This document shows, one piece after another, positions 31,318 through 41,184 of a stretch of 64,000 nucleotides of DNA (its first letter is position 1; every line of letters begins with the position of its first letter). The notes beneath the pieces were generated by a model. It saw only the letters and a list, made by a program, of their open reading frames with translations, searched no databases and was not told the DNA's origin. Both the position numbers and the translations under genes were made by a program. The DNA comes from a virus (lineage: Duplodnaviria; Caudoviricetes): IMG/VR virus record IMGVR_UViG_3300020577_009322, positions 32,001 through 96,000 of that record; one strand, given 5' to 3'.

Positions 31318-31928
31318 GATTGTGGTTTATGTGTGAAATTTTATTTTTTACTAATTTTACCTTCCTTAGTTAGCCTTCGTGTATGGTTGTTGATTTAATC
31401 GGAAAGTCCTCTCTTACAATATTGACTATATCATCTAAGTCAGATTCAGAAAAACCTATTTGGCAGGCCTGTACCTTAGCATATAGTCTTGTATATCTCT
31501 TATCCTTAAGGATAACATGTGTTGATTTCCCCTTTGATAATATTATCTTATCCTTCTTCTGTAGCTTTTGTTTTTCCATTTCTGATTTAATTGCTTGTTG
31601 TGTTTGCGTACTCATAATATGTGCTTGTTTAAATGATTTTAGTACTTTATTCAGAAGATAAGGAAAACTCTCTATTTAACTGATTCGATTAGTTCTCTTA
31701 ATTGTCGTACAGCATGATCGAAATCTTCTGTTTTTTCTATCTCCTGCTTCCCAGAAGTTTTTCCATTCTGAAATTCTACTGATCCTGACCATATCCCGCG
31801 TCCCCAATTACCCATAAAGAGGTTAATATGTGTCACACAGTCTTTTTTGAAGGGATCTTTTATAACAGAAGGTAGTTGAGATTTACCGTTACCTAATAGA
31901 TTATCAAACATATTTTATATTTTATTAG

Positions 31929-32342
31929 TTAGGATGTTTTACATGATAGTATCTTCAAATGTTGAGAAAATGCATATAATACGTTAAATATTGCTAATTT
32001 CTTTGTAGAAGCAACACATGAAGTACTATAGCCATTAGCAGTATTTTTGTAATCAAAATCATACACACTTACTTCACATCTATTTATATTTACATACCAT
32101 CCATTTTCTTCTATCCATTCGATTGCTTGGAGCTGCCAGTTGGCATCACTATGAAATTTGAGTAAACTATCACAATGATAGCGTTTACCATCAGGATATT
32201 TACCCCTTTCAGGAAAAGCCAAGTGGATACCAGTGGATCTAGTGTCCTTATTGGATGGATACCATTGTTCCTCTACAGAACCAATCATCTTTGCTATCTC
32301 CCTATTCATTTCTATTTCTTGAAGTGTTTCTTCATTTATCAT
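31929..32342 (-). CDS. Hypothetical protein, paralog of 32339..32740
   Basis: Shared N.EIAKM, L.FH.D.NWQ..AIE.IE, TKK.AIF..L..FSQHLK. Confidence 0.75.
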   Translation of the reverse strand: MINEETLQEIEMNREIAKMIGSVEEQWYPSNKDTRSTGIHLAFPERGKYPDGKRYHCDSLLKFHSDANWQLQAIEWIEENGWYVNINRCEVSVYDFDYKNTANGYSTSCVASTKKLAIFNVLYAFSQHLKILSCKTS

Positions 32343-32740
32343 GATAATGTTTTTAAGTGTTGAGAAAACTGAAAAAGAGCATCAAATATAGCCTCTTTTT
32401 TAGTAGGTTGGTAGGAGTGGCAGTTGCAGAAAAACTTCCAAACATCTGGAAAAATCGATCTGTTTTTATCTATGACATGCTCTTCACTGTGAATAGAACA
32501 ATGTTTTTTAGTTACCTGAACATAGTAAAATTTCTCTCCAAACTCCTGCAAATTCTCTATATATTCAATTGCCTCATGTTGCCAATTGCAATCATCATGA
32601 AAACGGAGTTCCCTAAAGGCAGCAATCCTGATTCCATCAGGTTTTTCCCATTCCCAATATAAGTTATTGACTAGGACTGATCTCCACTTAAGCATTTTAG
32701 CTATCTCCTCGTTCTTTCTCGATAATGTTAGTGATTTCAT
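32339..32740 (-). CDS. Hypothetical protein, paralog of 31929..32342
   Basis: Same shared motifs as 31929..32342. Confidence 0.75.
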   Translation of the reverse strand: MKSLTLSRKNEEIAKMLKWRSVLVNNLYWEWEKPDGIRIAAFRELRFHDDCNWQHEAIEYIENLQEFGEKFYYVQVTKKHCSIHSEEHVIDKNRSIFPDVWKFFCNCHSYQPTKKEAIFDALFQFSQHLKTLS

Positions 32741-32987
32741 TGATTTGTTCTTCAGAAGGTGGTAAAATAGTTGGGTTCTTTATTAATAAAGGTAATGCAC
32801 ATTGTAGACATATAGCTTCTACTTCAAGAGAAGGGTTTTTAACCATTTCTGCTGTAAATATAGCTTCTGAAGTATCACTTAGCCATACTTTTTCTCCACA
32901 CTTTTGACAATTCTTTTCTGTTCCCTTTGTTTGCGGATTTCTGTCCTCTATTCTTTGACAGATTATAGTAAATTTGTTGTCTTCCAT
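32697..32987 (-). CDS. Zn-finger protein
   Basis: CQKC...CLQC. Confidence 0.65.
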   Translation of the reverse strand: MEDNKFTIICQRIEDRNPQTKGTEKNCQKCGEKVWLSDTSEAIFTAEMVKNPSLEVEAICLQCALPLLIKNPTILPPSEEQINEITNIIEKERGDS

Positions 32988-32999
32988 AGATATTAATTT

Positions 33000-33033
33000 A
33001 AAAAGGAGTTCCTTTATAATTAAAGGAACTCCC
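33000..33033 (-). terminator. Intrinsic terminator
   Basis: GGAGTTCCTTTA/TAAAGGAACTCC hairpin plus U-run. Confidence 0.8.
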
Positions 33034-33158
33034 GAATCTATCTAACTTTATTTCTCTATTATATCGGTCATTTAACTGTGACCTTTAATCATTAAATTAT
33101 TAAATTATTATAATAGAGGAGTTGGTCCTCTGTTTCTTGTTAACATAGTGATCGATTT

Positions 33159-33617
33159 TTAAGCCATTACAGCTTCTGGTTTATTAACAGGTTGCAACAC
33201 CGTTTTTACTTTTCTTTCTCTGTAAGTCTTCCAGAAAAGAGTACGGATTAGTTTATTCTCCTTTCTTCTCTCATCATTATCAAATGAGGGAGGAAATAAG
33301 GAAAAGAGAACTTTGGTGAGAGAATAACAGCGTGCCTTTTCTACATCATGTTTTTCTCCCGGCACCAGGCGTACCATTTCTCTTGCAATTTCCTCATTCT
33401 GTTCGTTACTGATTACACAGATGGTGATATCTGGTGTAGGTAGGCACTTTGCCCTCACTAATCTCATAACTTTCCTCAACTCAAATGCTAGGTCAGGCTT
33501 TGTCATCTTCTTTACTGCACTCTCGTCAATTCCGGCTACGTCCAACCATTTCTCCAGGGTAGTATTTTTATACTGCCATCTGATTTTAAATTTTTGCTCG
33601 TTGTGAACTACTTGCAT
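33159..33617 (-). CDS. Hypothetical protein
   Basis: 152-aa ORF. Confidence 0.65.
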   Translation of the reverse strand: MQVVHNEQKFKIRWQYKNTTLEKWLDVAGIDESAVKKMTKPDLAFELRKVMRLVRAKCLPTPDITICVISNEQNEEIAREMVRLVPGEKHDVEKARCYSLTKVLFSLFPPSFDNDERRKENKLIRTLFWKTYRERKVKTVLQPVNKPEAVMA

Positions 33618-33657
33618 AAAACTTTATTTTATTTGTTAATAATTATTGCATTTCTTG

Positions 33658-33897
33658 TTATTCTATTACTATCTGATTTTCTTTAGTAAAATTAATGTTA
33701 GAAAATTTCTCATCAACACATCTCTCACATATGTGAGCTCCCCATCTCTCCATATCTTTATTAGAACCAAATCCCCACTTTGCTAACATTGTCATATATT
33801 CAAAACCATAATCAGTCTTACAAGATTTACCACAGCAATCACAGATAATATCTTCTACTATCTCCTGTTCTTTTACTTCTTTCTTTACTTTTCTCAT
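33658..33897 (-). CDS. Zn-ribbon protein
   Basis: CDCCGKSC...HICERC. Confidence 0.7.
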   Translation of the reverse strand: MRKVKKEVKEQEIVEDIICDCCGKSCKTDYGFEYMTMLAKWGFGSNKDMERWGAHICERCVDEKFSNINFTKENQIVIE

Positions 33898-34037
33898 TGT
33901 TATTATATTGGTTGTTCATTATGCCAGTCATTATCTGTAAAGAGATAATCAGGTGATTCATACTCTACTATATCTACTTCTTGAAAGAATAGAGATAAAA
34001 TAAGTTTTACTATCTTTTTCATGTTGATAAGTTTTAA

Positions 34038-34110
34038 GGGGTCTCATACAAGATTCGAACTTGTGATCTTCTCCATCAAGGAGATGAGTTCCCACTTCTC
34101 CAATGGACCC
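34038..34110 (-). tRNA. Aberrant tRNA-like element (5-nt anticodon loop TTGAT, bulged acceptor stem)
   Basis: GGGTCCAT/ATG(A)GACCC, D-arm GAG-AAGTGGGAA-CTC, TCTCC-TTGAT-GGAGA, ACAAG-TTCGAAT-CTTGT. Confidence 0.65.
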
Positions 34111-34638
34111 ATATTAAAAAGAGGGGACTATCCTACGATAATCCCCTTCTTGTGTGCTCTCTTTCTCCCTTAACGAGAAAAGTCATGGAGTACTTAGATC
34201 TAGAGATTTTTAATCATCTCAACCATCTTATTAAGAGACGGCCAGACGCAACTATATCTCACAGTTAATTGGTAAAAACCAATCATTTTTTATCATGCAG
34301 TAAGAAAAGACTGCAGCCTACTGCCAATATAACTAACCAAATACACCCTTGTGGATAATTATGATAATTTTTAGCTGTTAAGTAGCCCGACATGAATAAT
34401 AAGAAACATGAGAGGATAAAATTACCTAGTTTCATTCTTTTTTAGGTTCTAGAGTTTCAATAATGGTTACTTCTGCAGAAGTGTCTAGCGGTGATGGATG
34501 TAATATGATATCATTATCATCTACTCTCTCACCCCTCTCCTTTAGATACATAACGATAGCTTGCTTGATATCTTTGATATCGAGTAGCAATGTTCTTTTT
34601 CTTGTTTCTTTAATTTCCATAAATAACGTTTAAATTAG

Positions 34639-34797
34639 TGCGGGAGAAATGGATTCGAACCACTGACCTCCACCTTATCAGGGTGGTGCTCTATTATTCT
34701 CTTTACATTATAATCGTTCCAAGCTATCTATTGTACACTAGATAACGTACTTAGCTATAACATATTTAGATGAGAAATTCCACTGAGCTACTCCCGC
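34639..34797 (-). tRNA. tRNA-Ile(GAT) with an 86-nt insertion (34694-34779) in the D-loop
   Basis: GCGGGAGTAGCTCAGTGG-[86 nt]-TAGAGCACCACC-CTGATAA-GGTGGAGGTCAGTGGTTCGAATCCATTTCTCCCGCA. Confidence 0.85.
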
Positions 34798-34801
34798 TGT
34801 T

Positions 34802-35116
34802 TTAAAATCTGTATATCTCTAATGCTTCTTGTAAGCAAGGGACTAATTCCTTGATCTTTACTATATTATATAGCTTAAATCCACAGTTTACTACATCTGT
34901 ATCAGACAGACCATAATATATAGCCCAATCATGTATCTGGCCCCTTTTGGCTACCCACTTAATCGTATTCGGCAAGGAAGGCAATGAGAATGGTATTTTT
35001 ATTACATCATCTGTACCATTTTCTATATTACCTGTAGCAAAGATAGTCCCTGGCTTCATTTCCCTTAGATCATCAAGTGATAACTGTGGTGTTATTGGAG
35101 GAAATAAATATTCCAT
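34802..35116 (-). CDS. Hypothetical protein with N-terminal YLFPPI motif
   Basis: Starts MEYLFPPITPQL. Confidence 0.7.
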   Translation of the reverse strand: MEYLFPPITPQLSLDDLREMKPGTIFATGNIENGTDDVIKIPFSLPSLPNTIKWVAKRGQIHDWAIYYGLSDTDVVNCGFKLYNIVKIKELVPCLQEALEIYRF

Positions 35117-36690
35117 TATTTTTTCTTTAATATTTTACTTATTGAGACTATTAAATAGATACCTAAACTAACTCCTTGCTCAAAAAGCAGATACAATAGT
35201 AGGAATATAGGATTAAGGGTTATTGCCATTATTAGCGGTGCAACAATTAATAGTATCCAAACTATTATAAAGAGTAGTATATATCTCATGTTATTAGTTT
35301 TAATTAAAAAAGCAGGAACCACCTAAGTGATTCCCGCTAATTTTGTACAAGTAGCCTTATTATAAGCTTAAGACGACTTGCAGATTGCCTGCCAATTCCA
35401 GTGATCTCAGAGATGTAGTAACAATACATTCTTTCTTCATGCTGTGGCTAGTTTTAGGTTTTCCAGTTTTTTCTTATAATAAGAGAGATATTCTTCTGAA
35501 GAAATAATCATCTCTTTTACTATTAAAGATTGGTTAGGTATTGTTTTAAGATACTTAATATAATCTTCCTCCCTGTTTACAGTACTCTGTAAAGATAGGA
35601 TAAGCCTGTTTTCTTGCATACAGCTATTTGATTAATGGATAATTATAGTTACTTTAGTCAACTTATATTCCTTCAATTGTTTTAATACAATTGGATGAGA
35701 TTTTGTACATTTTATTAAGAGCTCTTTTGGTTGTTTTATTTCCAAAGAGATGAGGTGAGGAACATTCTGCTATTTCCAGAAGATTGTTTACCTGTATTAT
35801 GTGACCAAATATACCCGGAAGTTTCTTGTGTTGCAATGTTTTAAATATCATGATTCGTTGATTTGCTGTTCAATGATACGAGATAATAGATGCTGAAATT
35901 TTGTCATAGTAATAAATTTAAGAAGTTAGGAAAATATAGAAATATTCTCCGCTCTAATCCATAAAAGTTGTGATACATTACAGTTTCATAATAACCTCCT
36001 GTTTTAAAGATTTCTAAAAAATACTCAAATAAAAAAAGCAGTGACCATAGCCACTGCCTTTAACCTAAAACTTGCCTACAACGAACCAAAAGTTATGAAG
36101 CTAACTTATACTCTCTTACTGTGAAGAAGTCCAGATTTGGATATCTGGCAAATAACTTATTACGTAGTTCCCTTCTGTTTTTTTCGTAATTACAAGATGT
36201 AATAAAGCCAATCCGATATGAGGATCCATTTTTACCCCAACACCGGGCAATTAGGTGAGTTACCATTCTTTACCAATTTTAGAGTTGATTGATATAAATT
36301 TGTAGAAGTAGCCCAATTGACATCTAGAGGATATCCTCCCCATATCATAGAGCATATTACTTCATAAAGTTCTTTTTCTCTCTTCTTCCATTGATAGGGT
36401 AATGTCTTTCCATTTACCTCTTCATAGAAGTAGGTTATCTTCTTAGACATATATTATCTTGGTATTTTGATTATCATATTGCAGGGTGTCCAGGTTTGAG
36501 AAGGTTAAAAGAACAAAACAGGATAATCTGGACAAAAACATGGACAAAGCCAGCATGATGCTCTGGGCACCCTGTGAAATAGCCAAGATAACTGTCTTTT
36601 TCTGCATTCAGTTAAGCCCCATTTCAAAAGACGATTGCTACCTGGCGATCTCGATCTTTACTTTTTTATTCTTGATCTTCTCTTTTTTGA

Positions 36691-36975
36691 TCAGTTCCAG
36701 CCAATTAATACTGTTACTTTATCATTACCTCTTAATTGCACCTTTCCGTCTTGAACTGTTACGCCTGGCAAATTTTGCATTGTTTGTAAAACCGAACCTC
36801 CACTTTGACTGATGTTATCTTCAACTTTAAAAGTCTTTTTATCCATTTCGGTAGTAGCAAGAGTAATTATTGTTCCCTTCTCTGTCTTTGTTCCCAATTT
36901 TAGTTGACTTTTAAGGCGCTCCAATGCGTCTTTTCTACGAATGTTTACCTGTCCACTACTTTGTGATAGCTTCAT
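36691..36975 (-). other. Chimeric ORF: phage N-terminus fused to a TonB-dependent receptor plug fragment
   Basis: MDKKTFKVEDNISQSGGSVLQTMQNLPGVTVQDGKVQLRGNDKVTVLI matches Bacteroidota TBDR plug-domain sequence. Confidence 0.7.
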
Positions 36976-36991
36976 ACAAGAATTTTAATTA

Positions 36992-37201
36992 TTAATTAAT
37001 TGTTACATCACTTTCTGTCAGAAGAGATAATAATGCTCCTACAATATCCTTTACTGTAGCAACATCTCCGTTCTCTGATCCGGGAAATATTTCCTTAACG
37101 GAAGTATCTTCCCTCTTTCCATTAAGATCTTCACGTACCTGGTTCAGCCAATTCTTGTATTCTTCTTTTCTCTTCTTTAGATCTTCAAATCTGTATACCA
37201 T
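36992..37201 (-). CDS. Hypothetical protein (probable start MVYRF at 37201)
   Basis: The upstream part of the track ORF overlaps the lipoprotein in another frame. Confidence 0.55.
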   Translation of the reverse strand: MVYRFEDLKKRKEEYKNWLNQVREDLNGKREDTSVKEIFPGSENGDVATVKDIVGALLSLLTESDVTIN

Positions 37202-37208
37202 AAAAATA

Positions 37209-37697
37209 TTAATGTCTGCCTGGGCTTGAGTAGCTACGGCTGGGTGAGGAATAACTTCTTGAAGGAGAAGAGTAACTTCTGCTTGGTGAAGAATACGATC
37301 GGGGAACAGTATAATCTCTGCTAGGTGGAATATACGTACCATTCGATTTTGAGGAATAGTTATTTCTGCTTGGCGAGGAGTAGTAACTACTGGTCTTAGG
37401 AGTATACTTCTGACTATAGTTACTATACTTAGCTGGTGTATAGTTAGTAAACTCCACAGGATGGCCCTGATAATAGCGATACACATTACTATAACCACCA
37501 TTGTTGAACAATGTATGAAACAGCATATAGTTCATAAAGAAACTACTCTGATCCCCATTGTCATTAACATAAGTTACATTAACCACGCTGTCCTTGCCAT
37601 CAGGTGACCACTCTGCTGTATGACTGGATTGAACACCTGTATTACAGGAAGATAATAGCATTATACCAATTGATAAAGCTATAAAAAACTTCTTCAT
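37209..37697 (-). CDS. Lipoprotein with C-terminal (YSSPSRS)n heptads
   Basis: MKKFFIALSIGIMLLSS-C lipobox; 21-nt repeats. Confidence 0.8.
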   Translation of the reverse strand: MKKFFIALSIGIMLLSSCNTGVQSSHTAEWSPDGKDSVVNVTYVNDNGDQSSFFMNYMLFHTLFNNGGYSNVYRYYQGHPVEFTNYTPAKYSNYSQKYTPKTSSYYSSPSRNNYSSKSNGTYIPPSRDYTVPRSYSSPSRSYSSPSRSYSSPSRSYSSPGRH

Positions 37698-37724
37698 TTT
37701 TATTTCTTTTTAGTTGTTAATAAT

Positions 37725-38205
37725 TAGCACCCTCTTGTCTTACTTACACAAGCCTTTCAACCTTGATTAAGTATTAATGACCAGTAAGAGTAGGGTCACA
37801 TAGTTGATTGATTGATCTCCTTACAGTACTCTTCAGATGCATCATGTATTACTACATTACTTAGTCTTGCACTGAGATATGGACCATCTTCCTACAAGGA
37901 TCGGCTCTTATCAAGCCTTGCATTACTACATCAACTACTGCTGAGAACTCATTCGTATTATGGTACCATAGTTTAGACAAGTGTACTTATTACCTTTTAA
38001 TCTATGCTTTCTTTCTCAAGGAAATAATACGTCTACCATTACTGATAGAATTTGTTATGTAGGGAACAGTGCGACACCTTTCGGTGGCTTCCTTCATACG
38101 TCATTACACGTTCTACAAAGTAGGACTTTGATAACCTCGTTGATTATAAGAACAGTGCCCAGTCTATCAACTACATACAGTTTATGTATTATCCTGCATG
38201 GGTAA
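37725..38205 (-). ncRNA. Candidate large structured ncRNA (~480 nt)
   Basis: No sense-strand ORF in the track; several GNRA-capped hairpins and long-range complementarities. Confidence 0.65.
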
Positions 38206-39043
38206 AAGATTTATGATAAAGCAATAATTGCTGTAATAGGGGAACCTATCAATGCACAAGCAGCTGCTGCTGTAAATCCATATACGGCCCCAACAATTGC
38301 TACTATAATAATAAATAGTATAAGTACGAATAAAGTTATTTTATCTTGTTTTGTCATTTTTCAAATTTTTATATACTAAATAAGTTATTTATCTACCGGA
38401 ACACACATCATATCCTCAACTTGTTCCGCAATATCTTCAGGAGGTAAAATTTCTCTTATGTGAGATAGTGGAAAACCAAGTTCATAATTATGAATATTAT
38501 ACCCAATTATACCTTCCTCAAAGAAAACAACTACTTCTTTTGTTCCTTCACACATACATTCATCCCTAATCATGTATGGTGTTTTTTCATCCATTTGAGG
38601 AAGCCATTTTACATAAGGTTCGTTTATATCACCAACAGCGATTTTTCTACAGACTACGATAGATCCTGGTTTCATATGTAATTGTTTTAAAGATTAGTCA
38701 CTTGTATCAACAGAGCAGAATACTTTCTTAACATGATAAACGTACATGGTATCATACCCATCTCTATTCCATTTGATAGATTCCTCCTTTCCATTATCAG
38801 CTGTTTCTTCTCGATATTTTTGGATATCGACAGCACTCCATGAGTTCATCCATCCAAGATTTTTATATCCCAACTTCTCCAGATGATTACGATAATCCTT
38901 ACTACTATTAAACTCACCCAATTCTGTTTTCATATATAACTATTGATTAATAATACCTTACTGTAGGAGTAGTATATTGAACGTTAATAAATAACAATTT
39001 CTCAACAACAGAAATGTATAAACCTTAAAGATTATTTATACAA

Positions 39044-39625
39044 TTATGGTATATATAGAATTGTTGGATTGTTTTTATGAATATCAATATTCGGATAAAC
39101 CGATTTAAATGCTTGAACATCAAATGGTCTTGTAATTAAATGAACTCCATTTTTTGTGTTAAGAATACTTATAAGTTTCGTTCCTTCTGGTCTCAGTGTT
39201 TCAATTAATTTAAGTACGTCATTCACTACCCTACCCTTTTCATCAATATCTACAATCCATTTTTTAGTTCCATTCTCATTGCTAAATGAGCCGCAACATG
39301 AATTATAAGATTTTCTTACACTAGTAAAATCCTTATTCATTATATGGTCAGTAATGCTTTTTAAATTGTGGTAACATATTCTTTCAAAACTTCTTTTGTT
39401 AAGATTGATACATACCCTTGCATTATGGAAATCTGCCAAACACTTCATTTCACCCCAATCCAATTCCAATTCCTCAATAGATTTAATGTAATAGGTTTTT
39501 ATAACATGACTATTACTACCAAGTTCCGCATTGTCTTTTTTGCGCTTTAATATTTGACAGAAGTAAAAATCATCCTTACTATCAAATAAAAGTAGTTTTT
39601 TTATATCGTCAAAATTATCTATCAT
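39044..39625 (-). CDS. Conserved phage protein with AEP/PrimPol-like motifs
   Basis: WIVDIDE and TKNGVHLI. Confidence 0.55.
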   Translation of the reverse strand: MIDNFDDIKKLLLFDSKDDFYFCQILKRKKDNAELGSNSHVIKTYYIKSIEELELDWGEMKCLADFHNARVCINLNKRSFERICYHNLKSITDHIMNKDFTSVRKSYNSCCGSFSNENGTKKWIVDIDEKGRVVNDVLKLIETLRPEGTKLISILNTKNGVHLITRPFDVQAFKSVYPNIDIHKNNPTILYIP

Positions 39626-39928
39626 TTTATTGTTAATTTAAGAATGACATAATAAAGCCCCCTCCTATTTGCCAGATAGAAGGGAGCAATGAGCTTAGAG
39701 CATCGTGGAGAAGAATTCCATAAAGGTAATTCCCTTGGTTATCCAATAATATAACATTTACACAAGGCATAATGTTATTCCTCCAGATTTCGTCTAGTTT
39801 TTTAATATAAATAATACATCTCTATTATAGACCTTATATAGTCTATAGTCTAACCCATGAGGAACCTAAATTCCTCATGACGCTCTTGGGCTTAATAGCT
39901 TTGGAGAAACTCCCTGGCCCAGACCAGA

Positions 39929-40267
39929 TTAAAGGAAGCTGTAGTACATGTTTGGTGCAGCAGCTTTTACAGCCTTTTTGAAAGCATCATAATCTCCATC
40001 TGCATGGAACTGTTGCCTTGCTGTTTCCAGTGCCACTACCAGATCTTTGGCTTCTTTTTCTTGTTGCCTGATACGGCGTAATGAAGCAACAGAGGCTGAT
40101 ACTACAGTCTGAGCAAGAGAAAGTTGCTCAATGAGCTTCTCCTGCTGTTCTTTGTTCTGTTGTTCTTTCAAACTTTCCAGCGCTTTTTTCACTGAATCAC
40201 TGGTTGGTTTACCTGACATTGAGGCCAATAATTTTTCGGCATCAACTTTTGTTGTAGGTTTTGACAT
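39929..40267 (-). CDS. Coiled-coil hypothetical protein
   Basis: 112-aa helical ORF. Confidence 0.65.
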   Translation of the reverse strand: MSKPTTKVDAEKLLASMSGKPTSDSVKKALESLKEQQNKEQQEKLIEQLSLAQTVVSASVASLRRIRQQEKEAKDLVVALETARQQFHADGDYDAFKKAVKAAAPNMYYSFL

Positions 40268-41184
40268 GTTTTTAGTTTTTAAAATGAGGAATTTTGATAA
40301 TTTCTATATTAATATTCGTAGAAACTCCCTTCCCATGCGAATTGTTTCTTTTGTTTTACATGCACGAATACTAAATGAAGCCCCCGTTCGTTTATTAGTT
40401 AGTAATCTCAACACAATGTACTTGAGAGATAATCAGATGCAGGATATCCTTCTCTGTACATATCATATACAGATTGTCTGTCCTAATACTTTCTCACTTT
40501 TGATAGGTCCATCATAACCTACTAAGCATACCATGAATGTTTTCATTTTGTTCGTTTATAGGTTAACAGCTATATCTTGCTCCAAGTCCATTTTGTCAGT
40601 TGCCTGTCATAATGTCTGGTTTTCGTTTGTTTTTTAGTCTAATACCTCCTTCAATCCCTCCTTATCCACAACAATAACTGGCTGATACTCAACGGGAAAC
40701 TGGTTACACCGCTCATCAAAGTTCCAATCGAGGAACCGTAATACCTGCCATAACACAAACCATATTACAGGGAAGTATACCCATCTCTGCAGAGTAGTGT
40801 GAGGTTCTAAACCAAGTAATCCGGTTAATAAAGCTAATAGTATTACGATCAAACCATAAGTAACCCAATAAGTAAATCTCATATTCTTCTTTTTTTATTT
40901 AGCTGATGAAAAATAAGGGAGTATATAGAAATACACTCCCATTAAAACCCTCAATTTATGAACAAATACCGTGAGAGGTTATGGATTCGAACCAATCTAG
41001 TCCCTATAACTCCTCTCATAAAATAGTAATAATCAGAGTAAAAATGAATAAAAACTCTGCTCTTTTGTCATGACACAATGTCAGATAGAGATATTACCTA
41101 AAGCCATTTTAACATTCTTCACATCAGTAAAGGAAGCTGCCATTACGGCAGCCTCCCTAACTTATCATTAATCAAACAGCGATC

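Noticed and set aside
36093-36450. Programmed frameshift extending ORF 36232-36450 into another open frame
   Set aside because: No slippery heptamer; a single-base assembly indel or a separate small gene is equally likely.
40585-41090. TTTTGTCA...AATGTC boxes at about 40591 and 41063 as a host regulator site
   Set aside because: Only two dissimilar copies; I cannot support a specific regulator from sequence alone.
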